A DNA stretch of 34,544 nt from Octopus bimaculoides (lineage: Eukaryota). Under the pieces are notes generated by a model that was not told the DNA's origin, searched no databases, and was given only the letters and a program-made list of their open reading frames with translations. Of the stretch, positions 24,114-34,261 are shown one piece after another; the stretch's first letter is position 1, and each line of letters opens with the position of its first letter. The stretch covers positions 12,636,217 through 12,670,760 of the forward strand of contig NC_069003.1 of the NCBI RefSeq assembly GCF_001194135.2, read 5' to 3'. Position numbers and translations under genes: made by a program.

Positions 24114-24316
24114 GATTTCAAATTTTGGCACAAGACCCAACAATACTGGGGGATGGGGTAAGACGAAGACATCGACCCCAGTACTTGACAGGCACTTATT
24201 TTATAGATTCCGAAAGGATGAAAGACAATGTCGACTCAGGTGACATTTGAGAAGACAGGCGAAATGCCGCTAAACATTCTGCCCGGTGTGTTAACGATTC
24301 TGTCAGCACGCCGCCT
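24114..24316 (-). mobile_element. SINE group B inserted in repeat unit 3
   Basis: Full head-to-tail homology; flanked by gattggagcataaatt / gtttggaacataaatt. Confidence 0.85.
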
Positions 24317-24332
24317 GTTTGGAACATAAATT

Positions 24333-24545
24333 GGTTTCAAATTCTACCACAAGGACAGCAAGTTCGGGGAAGAGGATAATCCGATAACATCGACCCCAAT
24401 TCTCAACCGGTACCTATTTCATCGACCCCGAAAGACTGAAAGGTAAAGTCAACCTCGGCGGAATTTGAACTCAGAACGTAAAGTCGGACAAAATGCCGCT
24501 AAGTGTTTTGCACGACGTGCTACCAATTCTACCAGCTCGCCGCCT
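24333..24545 (-). mobile_element. Second SINE group B at the same site
   Basis: Flanked by gtttggaacataaatt (24317-24332) and gtttggaacatgaatt (24546-24561). Confidence 0.88.
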
Positions 24546-24777
24546 GTTTGGAACATGAATTAATACGAAATTTTGATGGGAAATATTAACTTGGATAACT
24601 TCAAAACAGGAAATTTGTACCATAGAAGTAGAAATGCTCTCTGAGGGACTGCAATCAAAAGGGGTTAACGAAACAGGATTTCTGAATATTTTTCGTTGAA
24701 GTATCCATGGGGGGATTTTCTTCTTAAGTTAAAGACTCACCTCCAAAGCAATGGACTTAACATTCTTGATCTTACTC

Positions 24778-26205
24778 TGTTGCTATGATGAAGCGATTAT
24801 CACGGTTTCAAGCCTCCTGAAGTACCAACATAAAAGTGACATCTGACGTTGTGGTGCTATGATGCAGCGACTATCAGGGTTTCGAACCTCATAAAAAGCC
24901 AACAGGAAACCGAAATCTTAATCTATGGTGCTATAATGAAGGGATTATCAGGTTTTCGAACCACATGAAGTGCTAAAATAAAACTGAAATATTTCTCTAT
25001 GGTCATATTCTGAAGCAATTATCAGGGTTTCGAACCACATGAAGTACCATCATGAAACCGAAATCTTACATTGTCGTGCTATGATGAAGCAATTTTCGGG
25101 GCTTTGAACCTCATTAAGTACAAACGTAAAACCGAAATCTTAATCTGAGGTGCCATGGTGAAGCGACTATCGGGGTTTCCAACAACTTGAGGTGTCGACA
25201 TGTTGTCCTATTATGAAGTGATTATCAGGGTTTCGAACCTCATGAAGCACCAACATAAAGCCAAAATCTGACTGTGGTTCTGTGATGAAACGATTATCAA
25301 GGTTTCGAACCTCATGAAGTACCATCATAAAACCGAAATCATACTCTGTTATAATATAAGGAAGCGATTATCAGGGTTTCGAGCCTCATGAAGTACCAAC
25401 ATAAAGCCAGAATATTATTCTGTGGTGCCATGATGAAGCGATTATCAGGGTTTCGACCTTCAAGGGGAACCAACATAAAACCTAAATCTCTCACTGTTTT
25501 GCTATGATAAAGTGATATTCAGAGTTTCAGTCCTCATGAAAGTAACATATAACCGAAACCTTCCCCTATGGTACTCTAATGAAGGGATTATCCAGCTTTC
25601 GAACTCATGAACTACCAACATAAAACCGAAATCTGACTCTGTGGTGCTATGGCGAAGGCACTATCAAGGTTTCAAACCTCATGAATTACGAATATAAAAC
25701 CGAAATCTTAATCTGTGGTGGGATAAAGAAGTGATTATCATGGTTTCAAACCTAATGAAGTACCAACAAAATACCGAAATTCTCCTCTGTGGTGCTATGA
25801 TGAAGCGATTATCAGGGTTTCGAACCTCACGAAAGGCCCACATGAAACTGAAATCTTACTCTCTGGTTGCATGATGAAGGAATTAATAAGGTTTCAGACC
25901 TCATGAAGTACGAACATAAAACCGAAATCTTACTCTCTGGTGCTTTGGTGAAACGATTATCGGGGTTTCGATCCTCATGTCCTACCAACATAAAACCAAA
26001 ATCTGACTGCGTGCTGCTATGATGAGGCAATTATTAGAGTTTCGAACTTCATGAAGTACCAACAAAAACCGAAATCTTACTCTCTGGTGCTTTGGTGAAG
26101 CGATTATCAGGATTTCGAACCTCATGAAGTAAATAAAGCAGAAATCTTGCTCTGTGGTGCTATGGTGAGGCGATGGGCGGGATCCGAACATCATGAAGCG
26201 CCAAC
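24778..26205. repeat. Degenerate 74-bp tandem array, about 20 units
   Basis: Consensus tgtggtgctatgatgaagcgattatcagggtttcgaacctcatgaagtaccaacataaaaccgaaatctgactc. Unit starts at, for example, 25640, 25714, 25788, 25862, 25936 and 26010 give a period of 74. Confidence 0.93.
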
Positions 26206-26624
26206 CGTCTTTATTAAAAGGCACGATCCAACATGGTCCAACATGGTCAATGCAATAACTTTCAGTGGTGTGTCATGTGATTTATTGATGGTCGAAGCAA
26301 AACTAAGCTTGAAACTTTTAGAATTTAAATAGAAAATTAGCTGCTTCCAGATGTTTCCTCGGAATGAAACAAGCGTCTTCATGCATTTCATGAAACGCCC
26401 AAGTTATGAAGGCATTTCGATCTTTTAGCTTGTTTCGGTCGAAAAAGTTAATCGGGAAATTCTGTCCATTTCGACTTAATTACTTGTGAATGTGAAGAAA
26501 GGGATTCATATCCGATCGGCCATATTTGTTGACGAAAGGCTTTGTGTCAATTTAGTTCGTTCGTTCAAGTAACGACGTCTTGTTTGTTTTCTGGTTGTTG
26601 TAGCACATCACTATTTCATAGTGA

Positions 26625-27091
26625 TAGAGAGAGAGAGAGGGGGGGATAGAGAAAGAAGCAGAAAGAGCTAGAGAATGCTAGACATAGAGAGAAACTCTTT
26701 AGCCCAGAAAGGACAGAGAGAGAATGAGAGAGAGAGAGAGAGAGGAAGGAGGGAAAGAGAGAGGAAGGAGGGAGGGAGAGAGAAACAATTAGACAAAGAG
26801 AGAAAGATAGAGACCGAATGCGAGGCAGAGAGAGAGAGAGAGAGAGTCTTTAGAGGGATACAGAGAAACAAAGAGAGAGAGAGAGATTCACCATCTCAGA
26901 AAGAGACCGTGTGTGAGAGAGAGGGAGAGAGAAACAAACACAGAAAGATTATGTCAGTACCTCCAGAGAGAGAGAGAGAGGAAGAGGCAAAGAGATAGAT
27001 AGAGAGAAGGAGAGAGAGAGAGGGAGAGAGAATGAGAGAGCAAGAGAGAGAAATACCAAGTCATTTTTCTAGAGACAAAATATGTCAGTAT

Positions 27092-27129
<38 letters not shown>

Positions 27130-27175
27130 GAGAGAGAGAAAGTGAGAGGAAGCGAGAGAGGGGAGAAAGAGAGGC
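26625..27175. repeat. (GA)-rich low-complexity tract
   Basis: Direct reading. Confidence 0.95.
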
Positions 27176-27667
27176 AGACAGGTGATGGCTAAGTTGATTG
27201 ATATCGTGTTGCGTCCAGGCGAGACTTGCGGTGCTTTGTCAATAATTCGTTGAAGAGTAAAGACCGTTTTAAATCTACTCCACCACCATCTGGCTGAATA
27301 GAAAAGACGTAAGTAAGATTGTGTGATGTTCATGCTTTTCTGATAAGCATTAACGCCGCCAATGATGCGAACTGGCTTTGGAAAGAAGAAAAAAACAAAG
27401 TCCTGAGCCGAAGTTTGAACTCGCGACAGAAAAAGAGACGTAACAAAGATTGCTTACCTTGGCATGGGGAGGAAGATTAAATATTTTAAGGTAAAGGTGA
27501 AAATAATTAAATCGATCCCAATATATAATTGAAACGTCTGTTAGGCGGGGTGGACGGTTAGCGACCCCATAATAATGAAAGAGAGAACACACTGGTGAAA
27601 TTAGAACTTAGAAATGCGTGATTAAATACAAAAATAAAAAACATTTTTAACATTGGTAACATACCAC

Positions 27668-27985
27668 TATGTGAAGGCTTAGTGGTTAGGGCATTCGGCT
27701 CACAATGGTAAGGTCGTAAGTTCGATTCCCGGCGACGTGTTGTGTCCTTGAACAAGACACTGTTTTTCACGTTGCTCCAGTTCACTCATCTGGCAAAATG
27801 AGTAGTACCTGTAATTCAAAAGGGCCAGCCTTGTCACATTCTGTGTCATGCTAAATCTTTCTGAGAATTACATTAAGGGTACGCATGTCTGTGGAGTGCT
27901 CAGCCACTTCTACATTAATTTCACGAGTAGGCTGTTCTGTTGATGGGATCAACTGGAACTTTCGTTGTCGTAACCAGGGAAATAC
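27668..27985 (+). mobile_element. SINE group C (CORE-like) with a distinct tail
   Basis: ggcttagtggttagggcattcgg (A box), agttcgattcccgg (B box), gtgtccttgaacaagacact...tgctccagttcactcatctggcaaaatgag (resembles the MIR CORE), then tail aagggccagccttgtcacattc. Confidence 0.85.
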
Positions 27986-28040
27986 CACAAGCTTTTCGGC
28001 GAGGGTCACTGTCAGTTTAATGGACCCCAATACATGACTG

Positions 28041-28480
28041 GTGTAGCGGCGCAATGGCCCAGTGGTTAGGGCAGTGTACTCGCGGTCGGAGGATCGTGGT
28101 TTCGGACGTTGTGAGTGTTTATTGAGCGAAAACACCTAAGCCCCACGAGGCTCTAGTAGGGGGTGATGGCAACCCCTGTTGTACTCTTTCGCCCCAACTT
28201 TCTCTCACTCTTTCTTCCCGTTTCTTAAGTAACGCTGCGATGGACTGGCGTCCCGTCAAGCTGGANNNNNNNNNNNNNNNNNNNNNNNNNNNNNNNNNNN
28301 NNNNNNNNNNNNNNNNNNNNNNNNNNNNNNNNNNNNNNNNNNNNNNNNNNNNNNNNNNNNNNNNNNNNNNNNNNNNNNNNNNNNNNNNNNNNNNNNNNNN
28401 NNNNNNNNNNNNNNNNNNGGGGGGGGGGGGAATACATACGCCATAGAAACCGGGCCCATGAACCTGGCTTGGCTTTGAAA
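28041..28480 (+). mobile_element. tRNA-derived SINE with variant head and the tacgccatagaaaccggg tail (gap inside)
   Basis: ggcgcaatggcccagtggttaggg head; gcgatggactggcgtcccgtc...catacgccatagaaaccgggccc tail. Confidence 0.75.
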
Positions 28481-28655
28481 GGGCGACAAAAAGAAGTACA
28501 TGACTGGTATTCATTTCAATGATCACAAATAGATGAAATTGCAAAATCAAATCACGGGTACAAGGCCAGATAGTTCGGAAAGAAAATGTTGATTATATCA
28601 ACCCTGGTACTTAAATGGTACTTTATTTTACTGATCCCTTATAAAGAAGAAAGTA

Positions 28656-28895
28656 AAGTGCGTGGTCTAATGGTTAAACTGTTGCGCTCATAATCACATG
28701 ATCGTGGTTTCAACTTCCAGACTGGTGATGCGTTGCGTTCTTGAGCAAAATGCTTAAATTCACACTGCTCCCGTCCACTCAGCTGTAAAGGAGTAACATT
28801 GCGATGGAATGGCTTCCCATCCATGGGAAATGTTGCGATCTTGATCCCGATCACTTATACACCATGGAACCCGGGCAACGCACTTTATGAGCTTC
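28656..28895 (+). mobile_element. SINE group C, degenerate
   Basis: gcgtggtctaatggttaa...gcgttcttgagcaaaatgctt...ccactcagctgtaaaggagtaac...cacttatacaccatggaacccggg. Confidence 0.75.
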
Positions 28896-28999
28896 AGGAC
28901 TTGTAGCAATAATGTCCCAGGGTTGATGATGAAGACAACGACAACGTTGTCAAGTTTGCAATCGTGAACGTAAATGCCTTTGACTAATTTCAATGAGAA

Positions 29000-29182
29000 T
29001 TTCTGATTTTAGCATAAGGCCGCCAGCAGTTTTGAGGAGAGAACTTTAACCCAAACTATCGACCCCGAAAGGATCAAAATGAAGGTTGACCTCGGCGAGG
29101 TCTGAACTCAGACCGTTAAGAATCAGACGGAATACCGCAAAGTATTTTTATCTGATGCTCAAACGATTCTGCCAGCTCGTTA
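29000..29182 (-). mobile_element. SINE group B with internal deletion
   Basis: atcgaccccgaaaggat...gacctcggcgaggtctgaactcag...acgattctgccagctcg. Confidence 0.78.
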
Positions 29183-29835
29183 CTTTTTTTTACTAATTTC
29201 AATAATAAACACAACAACGAAAATAGTTTTTTTCGCTTTTCTTTATTTATTTGTATATTTATATATATATATTTTTTAATAATTATTTTATTGTATTTCC
29301 AATTTGCTTTTGAATGGGAGAAAGAATAATTTAATAACGACTGTTCAGACCGGTCTGTAGCCTGAGGTTTCATAGGGAGAAGGGTAAGGGGGTTTGTGGT
29401 GTTCATGGCTTTCACAACGGCACTGGCGACGTTAAAGAAGCGATGCCAGATTGAAACTGAAACCGGTTTCGGTGACTTACCCGCCACTAAATAAGTTAAA
29501 GACAACAAGTTCCTCATTTTGCATTCTTTTTTGTTTTTCGTATGTGTGCATGTCTGTGTGTTAATATGTACGTGTGTTTTTCTCTTCGTATTTTACCATC
29601 GAGAAATCATTATTTAATCATCTTGATAATAACATAACGTTTAATAAACAACACAGGATGTTAACAATCATTGTTTAAATCATCAGGATGGTAGAAATCC
29701 TTAGAGAGCCATATTGGAGCTAGCGATCATTAGCCACACCATTTTGATTGTGACAGCAGATAGCTAAACATTGTGGCCATAGCGCAGGAATTCCTATACA
29801 GAACTTAGCTAACCATCTCGATGGTAAGACACGCT

Positions 29836-29841
29836 TTTATT
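29836..29841 (-). terminator. Candidate distal poly(A) signal AATAAA
   Basis: First canonical AATAAA I could find downstream of the stop on the minus strand. The 30059-30479 gap could hide others. Confidence 0.3.
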
Positions 29842-29939
29842 TGTTTTTGTGTAAGTGTGTATCATGCTTGCATTAATCATTGTATGTGTGACAGTATATG
29901 ATCATATGTTTCTGAGTGTATATAATGCATGTAAGAATC

Positions 29940-30012
29940 CACACACACACACAAATATATATATAAATACATATACATACACACACGCACGCACACACAC
30001 ATATATGCATAC

Positions 30013-30058
<46 letters not shown>

Positions 30059-30479
30059 NNNNNNNNNNNNNNNNNNNNNNNNNNNNNNNNNNNNNNNNNN
30101 NNNNNNNNNNNNNNNNNNNNNNNNNNNNNNNNNNNNNNNNNNNNNNNNNNNNNNNNNNNNNNNNNNNNNNNNNNNNNNNNNNNNNNNNNNNNNNNNNNNN
30201 NNNNNNNNNNNNNNNNNNNNNNNNNNNNNNNNNNNNNNNNNNNNNNNNNNNNNNNNNNNNNNNNNNNNNNNNNNNNNNNNNNNNNNNNNNNNNNNNNNNN
30301 NNNNNNNNNNNNNNNNNNNNNNNNNNNNNNNNNNNNNNNNNNNNNNNNNNNNNNNNNNNNNNNNNNNNNNNNNNNNNNNNNNNNNNNNNNNNNNNNNNNN
30401 NNNNNNNNNNNNNNNNNNNNNNNNNNNNNNNNNNNNNNNNNNNNNNNNNNNNNNNNNNNNNNNNNNNNNNNNNNNNNNN

Positions 30480-30531
<52 letters not shown>

Positions 30532-30635
30532 TATGTATATGTATGTATATAACAAATATTAGATATATGTATATATATATAGACCACAAATATTATATAT
30601 AAATGTATATATATATATACATATATATATAAGTG

Positions 30636-30669
<34 letters not shown>

Positions 30670-30760
30670 ACAGATATTACATATATATAAATATTCACAC
30701 ACATCCACACACATATGTGTATATATATGTGTGTGTATATATATATGTGTGTGTGTATGT
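29940..30760. repeat. (TA)/(CA)-rich tract spanning a gap
   Basis: Direct reading. Confidence 0.95.
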
Positions 30761-30872
30761 ATCCATATCCAGCTAAGTAATTTCAAAAACAACACATAAA
30801 AACAAACGTGCATCGGAAATACACAGTTCTGATATTAGTTTCAAGCTGGAATGAAGACAGGAACAAAACTTT

Positions 30873-30900
30873 TACGTTTCGGACCTTTGCCCGTCATCAA
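30873..30900 (-). ncRNA. Minimal hammerhead-ribozyme-like motif, probably in a Penelope pLTR remnant
   Basis: The minus strand reads TTGATGA-C-GGGC-aaag-GTCC-GAAAC-GTA: CUGANGA box with C3>U, 4-bp stem II, GAAAC, palindromic ACGU stem III, GUA cleavage triplet; stem I is weak. Confidence 0.55.
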
Positions 30901-31089
30901 ATAAAACTAGAGGAGAAAAAGAAGGCAAGAGCAGAAAAGAAAAAAAGAAAAGGAGAAAGGAAATATGTTCCATGGAACGAGAATTTCATGTAAATAATTC
31001 CATTGCTGGTTTCTGTGTGTTGTTCCAAAATTACTTTGTTGCCCTTTCCACCAGACTGAAGTGGATTGCATTAAATCTACGATTATTAT

Positions 31090-31185
31090 TGTATTATTAA
31101 TATACATACATACATACATACATACATATGTATATATATATGTGTATGTATATATATATATATGCATACATGCATACATACATAC

Positions 31186-31220
<35 letters not shown>

Positions 31221-31790
31221 AATATGTATGTATGTATATATATATATATATATATATGTGCATTCATGCATACATACATATTTCTGTGAAGCGAAAATTA
31301 TCGCAACATCAGTATTTTAATATATAGCTCTGTGTGTGTCTGCGCGCGCGCGCTGTGAAGTGGAGATCGCCATGTTGTCAGCACTTTCTGTGTGAATGTG
31401 TGTGTGTATATGTACACGTAATTGTATATGAATGTGTGAAAATAATCATTTATATGTGTAATTGTATATGTGCTTATATATACACGTGCATATATATATG
31501 TGTGTGTATGTGTGAGTGTGTGTTTGTGTGTGTATGTGCATGTGTGAAAAAGGTTGTGTGGTATGTGTATGTGTCTATATGTACACGTATATATGTGTGA
31601 GTGTGTGTGTGTGTATTTGTGTGAAAACGAGTTAAGTGTGTGTTTATATGTACACGTATATATGTATGTATATATATATATGTGTGTGTGTGTGTGTGCG
31701 TGAAAATGAGTTAAGTGTGTGTTTATATGTACACGTATATATGTGTGTGTGTATGTATGAAAAGGAGTGTGAATAATGTGTGTGAATGTG
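31090..31790. repeat. (TA)/(TG) low-complexity tracts immediately 3' of the ligand stop codon
   Basis: Direct reading. Confidence 0.9.
31316..31321 (-). terminator. Candidate proximal poly(A) signal ATTAAA
   Basis: tttaat on the plus strand, ~475 nt downstream of the stop codon; motif only. Confidence 0.3.
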
Positions 31791-31794
31791 TACT

Positions 31795-32696
31795 CTATCG
31801 ACATCGACAGTCTTGCACGACCATATTCTGTTTCTCTGATAGTGTCAGTTGGCCGTCGTTATTATAATGCAGCAACGTTAACCCTTTGTACTCGTTCGGT
31901 ACACAACACACACCAACCGGCATCTTCTCCGGGTTTGCTTGATGGATTAAATTCTTTACAAGAGCCCAGTCGTTTGCTAACCGGCTGCTTCCACAATCGC
32001 CTTCACAATAATATGCATTAAATGATGTGGGCGCAATCACCCAGTCGTCCCAGCTAAGTTCCTTAAAGTCGATTTTCAGCGAAAAGCGACAGCACTGCGT
32101 CTCTCCATCACCCTTCTCGCAATCGCCAGTGTGGATGTCCCTCTTCACTCTTCCTAGGATTAACCTTTCCGACGTCTTTACGTTCAATCGCGGTTCTTGG
32201 TCGCGCAAAGATCTTTTCATCAGTCGGTTTACTTGGAAAATACGATGTAGGTCTTTCGTACAGGCTTTGCTGGACAACTGCAGTCTGAGTAATCCGTCTT
32301 TCTTTGTAGGTCCGTCTAACCAATTTTGTAGGGCTTGTTGGATATTAAATATCACCCAACCGGATTCACTGAAGTCAATGATTTTCGTGTCGACAAGAGT
32401 TCGTTTGGTTTCGCTTGTGTTCGATTCGGCAGTCACGTGATACACGTTGACCTCCATTAATGAATCAAAACTAGAAGATTCGTTCGAGGCATCCGTTTTG
32501 CCTCCTCGTTTATAAATGTGTAACTTTGCTGATCGGATTATAGTCTCCATTAGCGGATCTTTGGGATGTTGTATCTTCATAGCAAACACCAGGTTTGGGT
32601 TGTTATTATTGTTATTATTGTTATTATTATTATTGTTATTATTATTATCATCGTTTGCTTGATCCAGTTTAGATTCCTCGTGTTCTCTTGGGAAAT
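31795..32696 (-). CDS. Terminal coding exon of a TGF-beta superfamily ligand, activin/inhibin-beta-myostatin(GDF8/11)-like; C-terminal prodomain plus mature cystine-knot domain; 5' exon(s) absent
   Basis: ORF 31795-32778 ends in RVKR|DIHTGDCEKGDGETQCCRFSLKIDFKELSWDDWVIAPTSFNAYYCEGDC...GVCCVP...NMVVQDCRCR*, with 9 Cys in the activin/myostatin/TGF-beta pattern. The prodomain has typical SAKLHIY and GWVIFNIQQALQNWL segments. The first 27 aa of the ORF are (TTTA)n-derived intron. A minus-strand acceptor ...ctctcttcAG lies at 32697-32698, so the exon starts at 32696 in phase 1. Stop TAG at 31795-31797. The subfamily cannot be resolved without phylogeny. Confidence 0.93.
32140..32151 (-). other. 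Furin/proprotein convertase site RVKR; mature peptide 31798-32139 (114 aa)
   Basis: Codons AGA GTG AAG AGG read on the minus strand; R-X-K-R consensus immediately before the cysteine domain. Confidence 0.88.
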
Positions 32697-32760
32697 CTGA
32701 AGAGAGATTAAATAAATAAATAAATGAATAAATAAATAAATAAATAAATGCAAATGAAAA
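32697..32760 (-). promoter_or_regulatory. 3' splice acceptor and pyrimidine-rich tract of the ligand gene intron
   Basis: The minus strand reads (TTTA)n-ttaatctctcttcAG|ATTTCCC. The protein becomes ligand-like right after this point. Confidence 0.75.
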
Positions 32761-32879
32761 TTTAATTGGTTTATGCAATTATATTATATTAATTTAAAAC
32801 AATGTAGCAATTATGAAATTTCACCGTAAACAACTTCAACTCAAATGTCTGTTAAGTTCTCACTTCCTGGCGACTGAAA

Positions 32880-32882
32880 TGT

Positions 32883-32932
<50 letters not shown>

Positions 32933-32964
32933 GCTGTTGCTGCTGCCTCACTGCTTACTTCTGT

Positions 32965-33016
<52 letters not shown>

Positions 33017-33023
33017 GCTGCTG

Positions 33024-33055
<32 letters not shown>

Positions 33056-33090
33056 GCTGCTGCTGCTACTACCAGTCACTACTACCACTG

Positions 33091-33148
<58 letters not shown>

Positions 33149-33165
33149 TACTACTACTACTAAGA
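32880..33165. repeat. (CTA)n/(CTG)n compound microsatellite in the ligand intron
   Basis: Direct reading. Confidence 0.95.
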
Positions 33166-33199
33166 TTAATTAATCAGCGAAGTTTTCCTGTAAATAGTT

Positions 33200-33440
33200 G
33201 TTCCAAATTTTGGCACAAGGCCAACAATTTTGAGGGTAGAGGGTTAGTACATCGACCTCGAAAGGATGTAAAAAAAATTTTCTGTGGAGTGAGGGGAGGG
33301 AAGGGTACCAATTCGATACCAATGAACCCAGTAATATGACTGGTATTTTACCGATCTTAGAAGGATGTAAAGTGAATGTTGGCCTAGACCAGGTTTGAAC
33401 CCAGACCATAAAACTTCGGAAGAATATCACGAGACATCGA
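33200..33440 (-). mobile_element. SINE group B remnants
   Basis: ccaaattttggcacaaggccaacaattttgag...acatcgacctcgaaaggatg, plus a second partial copy. Confidence 0.6.
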
Positions 33441-33459
33441 CCACCAGAACTTAACTGAT

Positions 33460-33990
33460 AATGTATTTTATCGATCTTGGATACATTGTGTGAAGGATAC
33501 TTTAGATAATGTAGTCCTAGATACACATGTCTATAGAACACATCATAAGTCTTAGATAAATAAGTAATCTAATTAAAGCCACATCAAATAATTTAGTCTT
33601 AAACTGTCTGAGGGGAACATTAGATATTGCAATCCTAGATATACTTATGTTTGTGGAACACGTAATGTAGATTTATGTACACTATATGAAGGATACATTA
33701 AATAATATACCCTTAGATACACTTATGTCTGTAGAGCACATAGTATAGTCGTAAAAACACCTAGATCAAGAATACATTTAGTAATGTAGTCCTAGATACA
33801 CTGTTTATAGAACACATTTTATAATGTAGTTTTAGACACACTGTAAAACGCATTATAGAATGTAACCCTAGGTACACTATGTCTGAACGACACATTATGT
33901 ATGTAGCACTAAATATATTATGTCTTAAAGTTATAACGGAAAATGTAACGCAAGATACACTGACATGTGAACGACCCATTAGAAAATGCA
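33460..33990 (+). repeat. Degenerate minisatellite built on aatgtagtcctagatacac...tagaacacat
   Basis: The motif recurs at about 33510, 33635, 33715, 33785, 33825 and 33865. Confidence 0.7.
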
Positions 33991-34199
33991 GTTATGTATA
34001 TAAAAAAAAAAGATAACCACAGGTGGGATATCTTTGATCGCAGTTCTGTCATGGAAGCTTAACATCATTAACAATTACAACAACAACAACAACAACTTGT
34101 AGATGACTAAACACATGAGAGACTCTGTGGTAAGAAGTTTGATAAGTGTTAATGCACGAAACTCTGAGCTCTTGAATCACCCTGTTGCTTCTGCTAAAT

Positions 34200-34230
34200 A
34201 TTAATAATAATGATAATAATAATAATAATA

Positions 34231-34261
<31 letters not shown>

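Larger units (their letters stand above)
23325..24668 (+). repeat. Three tandem copies of a ~245-bp AT-rich element (starts about 23325, 23570, 23990), possibly a piggyBac-like MITE
   Basis: Shared ttaccatatttctgttgaaatacactg, aattaattttgaaaataatgaa, ggaacataaatt and ttttaatttagatca. The right end aaaaggggTTAA (24657-24668) resembles a CCC TIR plus TTAA. The repeat is certain; the superfamily is tentative. Confidence 0.65.

Noticed and set aside
24778-26205. 74-bp array as a CRISPR array, tRNA gene cluster or coding repeat
   Set aside because: Similarity runs through the whole unit, with no unique spacers and no cas genes, in a eukaryotic context. No cloverleaf forms. The period is not a multiple of 3 and all frames are interrupted.
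27459-27540. Possible small minus-strand exon (ctaacAG ... AAG|GTAAGC)
   Set aside because: The donor is strong, but the acceptor is weak and the peptide (DVSIIYWDRFNYFHLYLKIFNLPPHAK) is unrecognisable. Such motif pairs occur by chance.
32697-32778. ATG at 32778 as the ligand start codon (327-aa ORF)
   Set aside because: The first 27 aa derive from (TTTA)n, give no convincing signal peptide, and precede a good acceptor. The N-terminal prodomain is missing, so an upstream exon is required.
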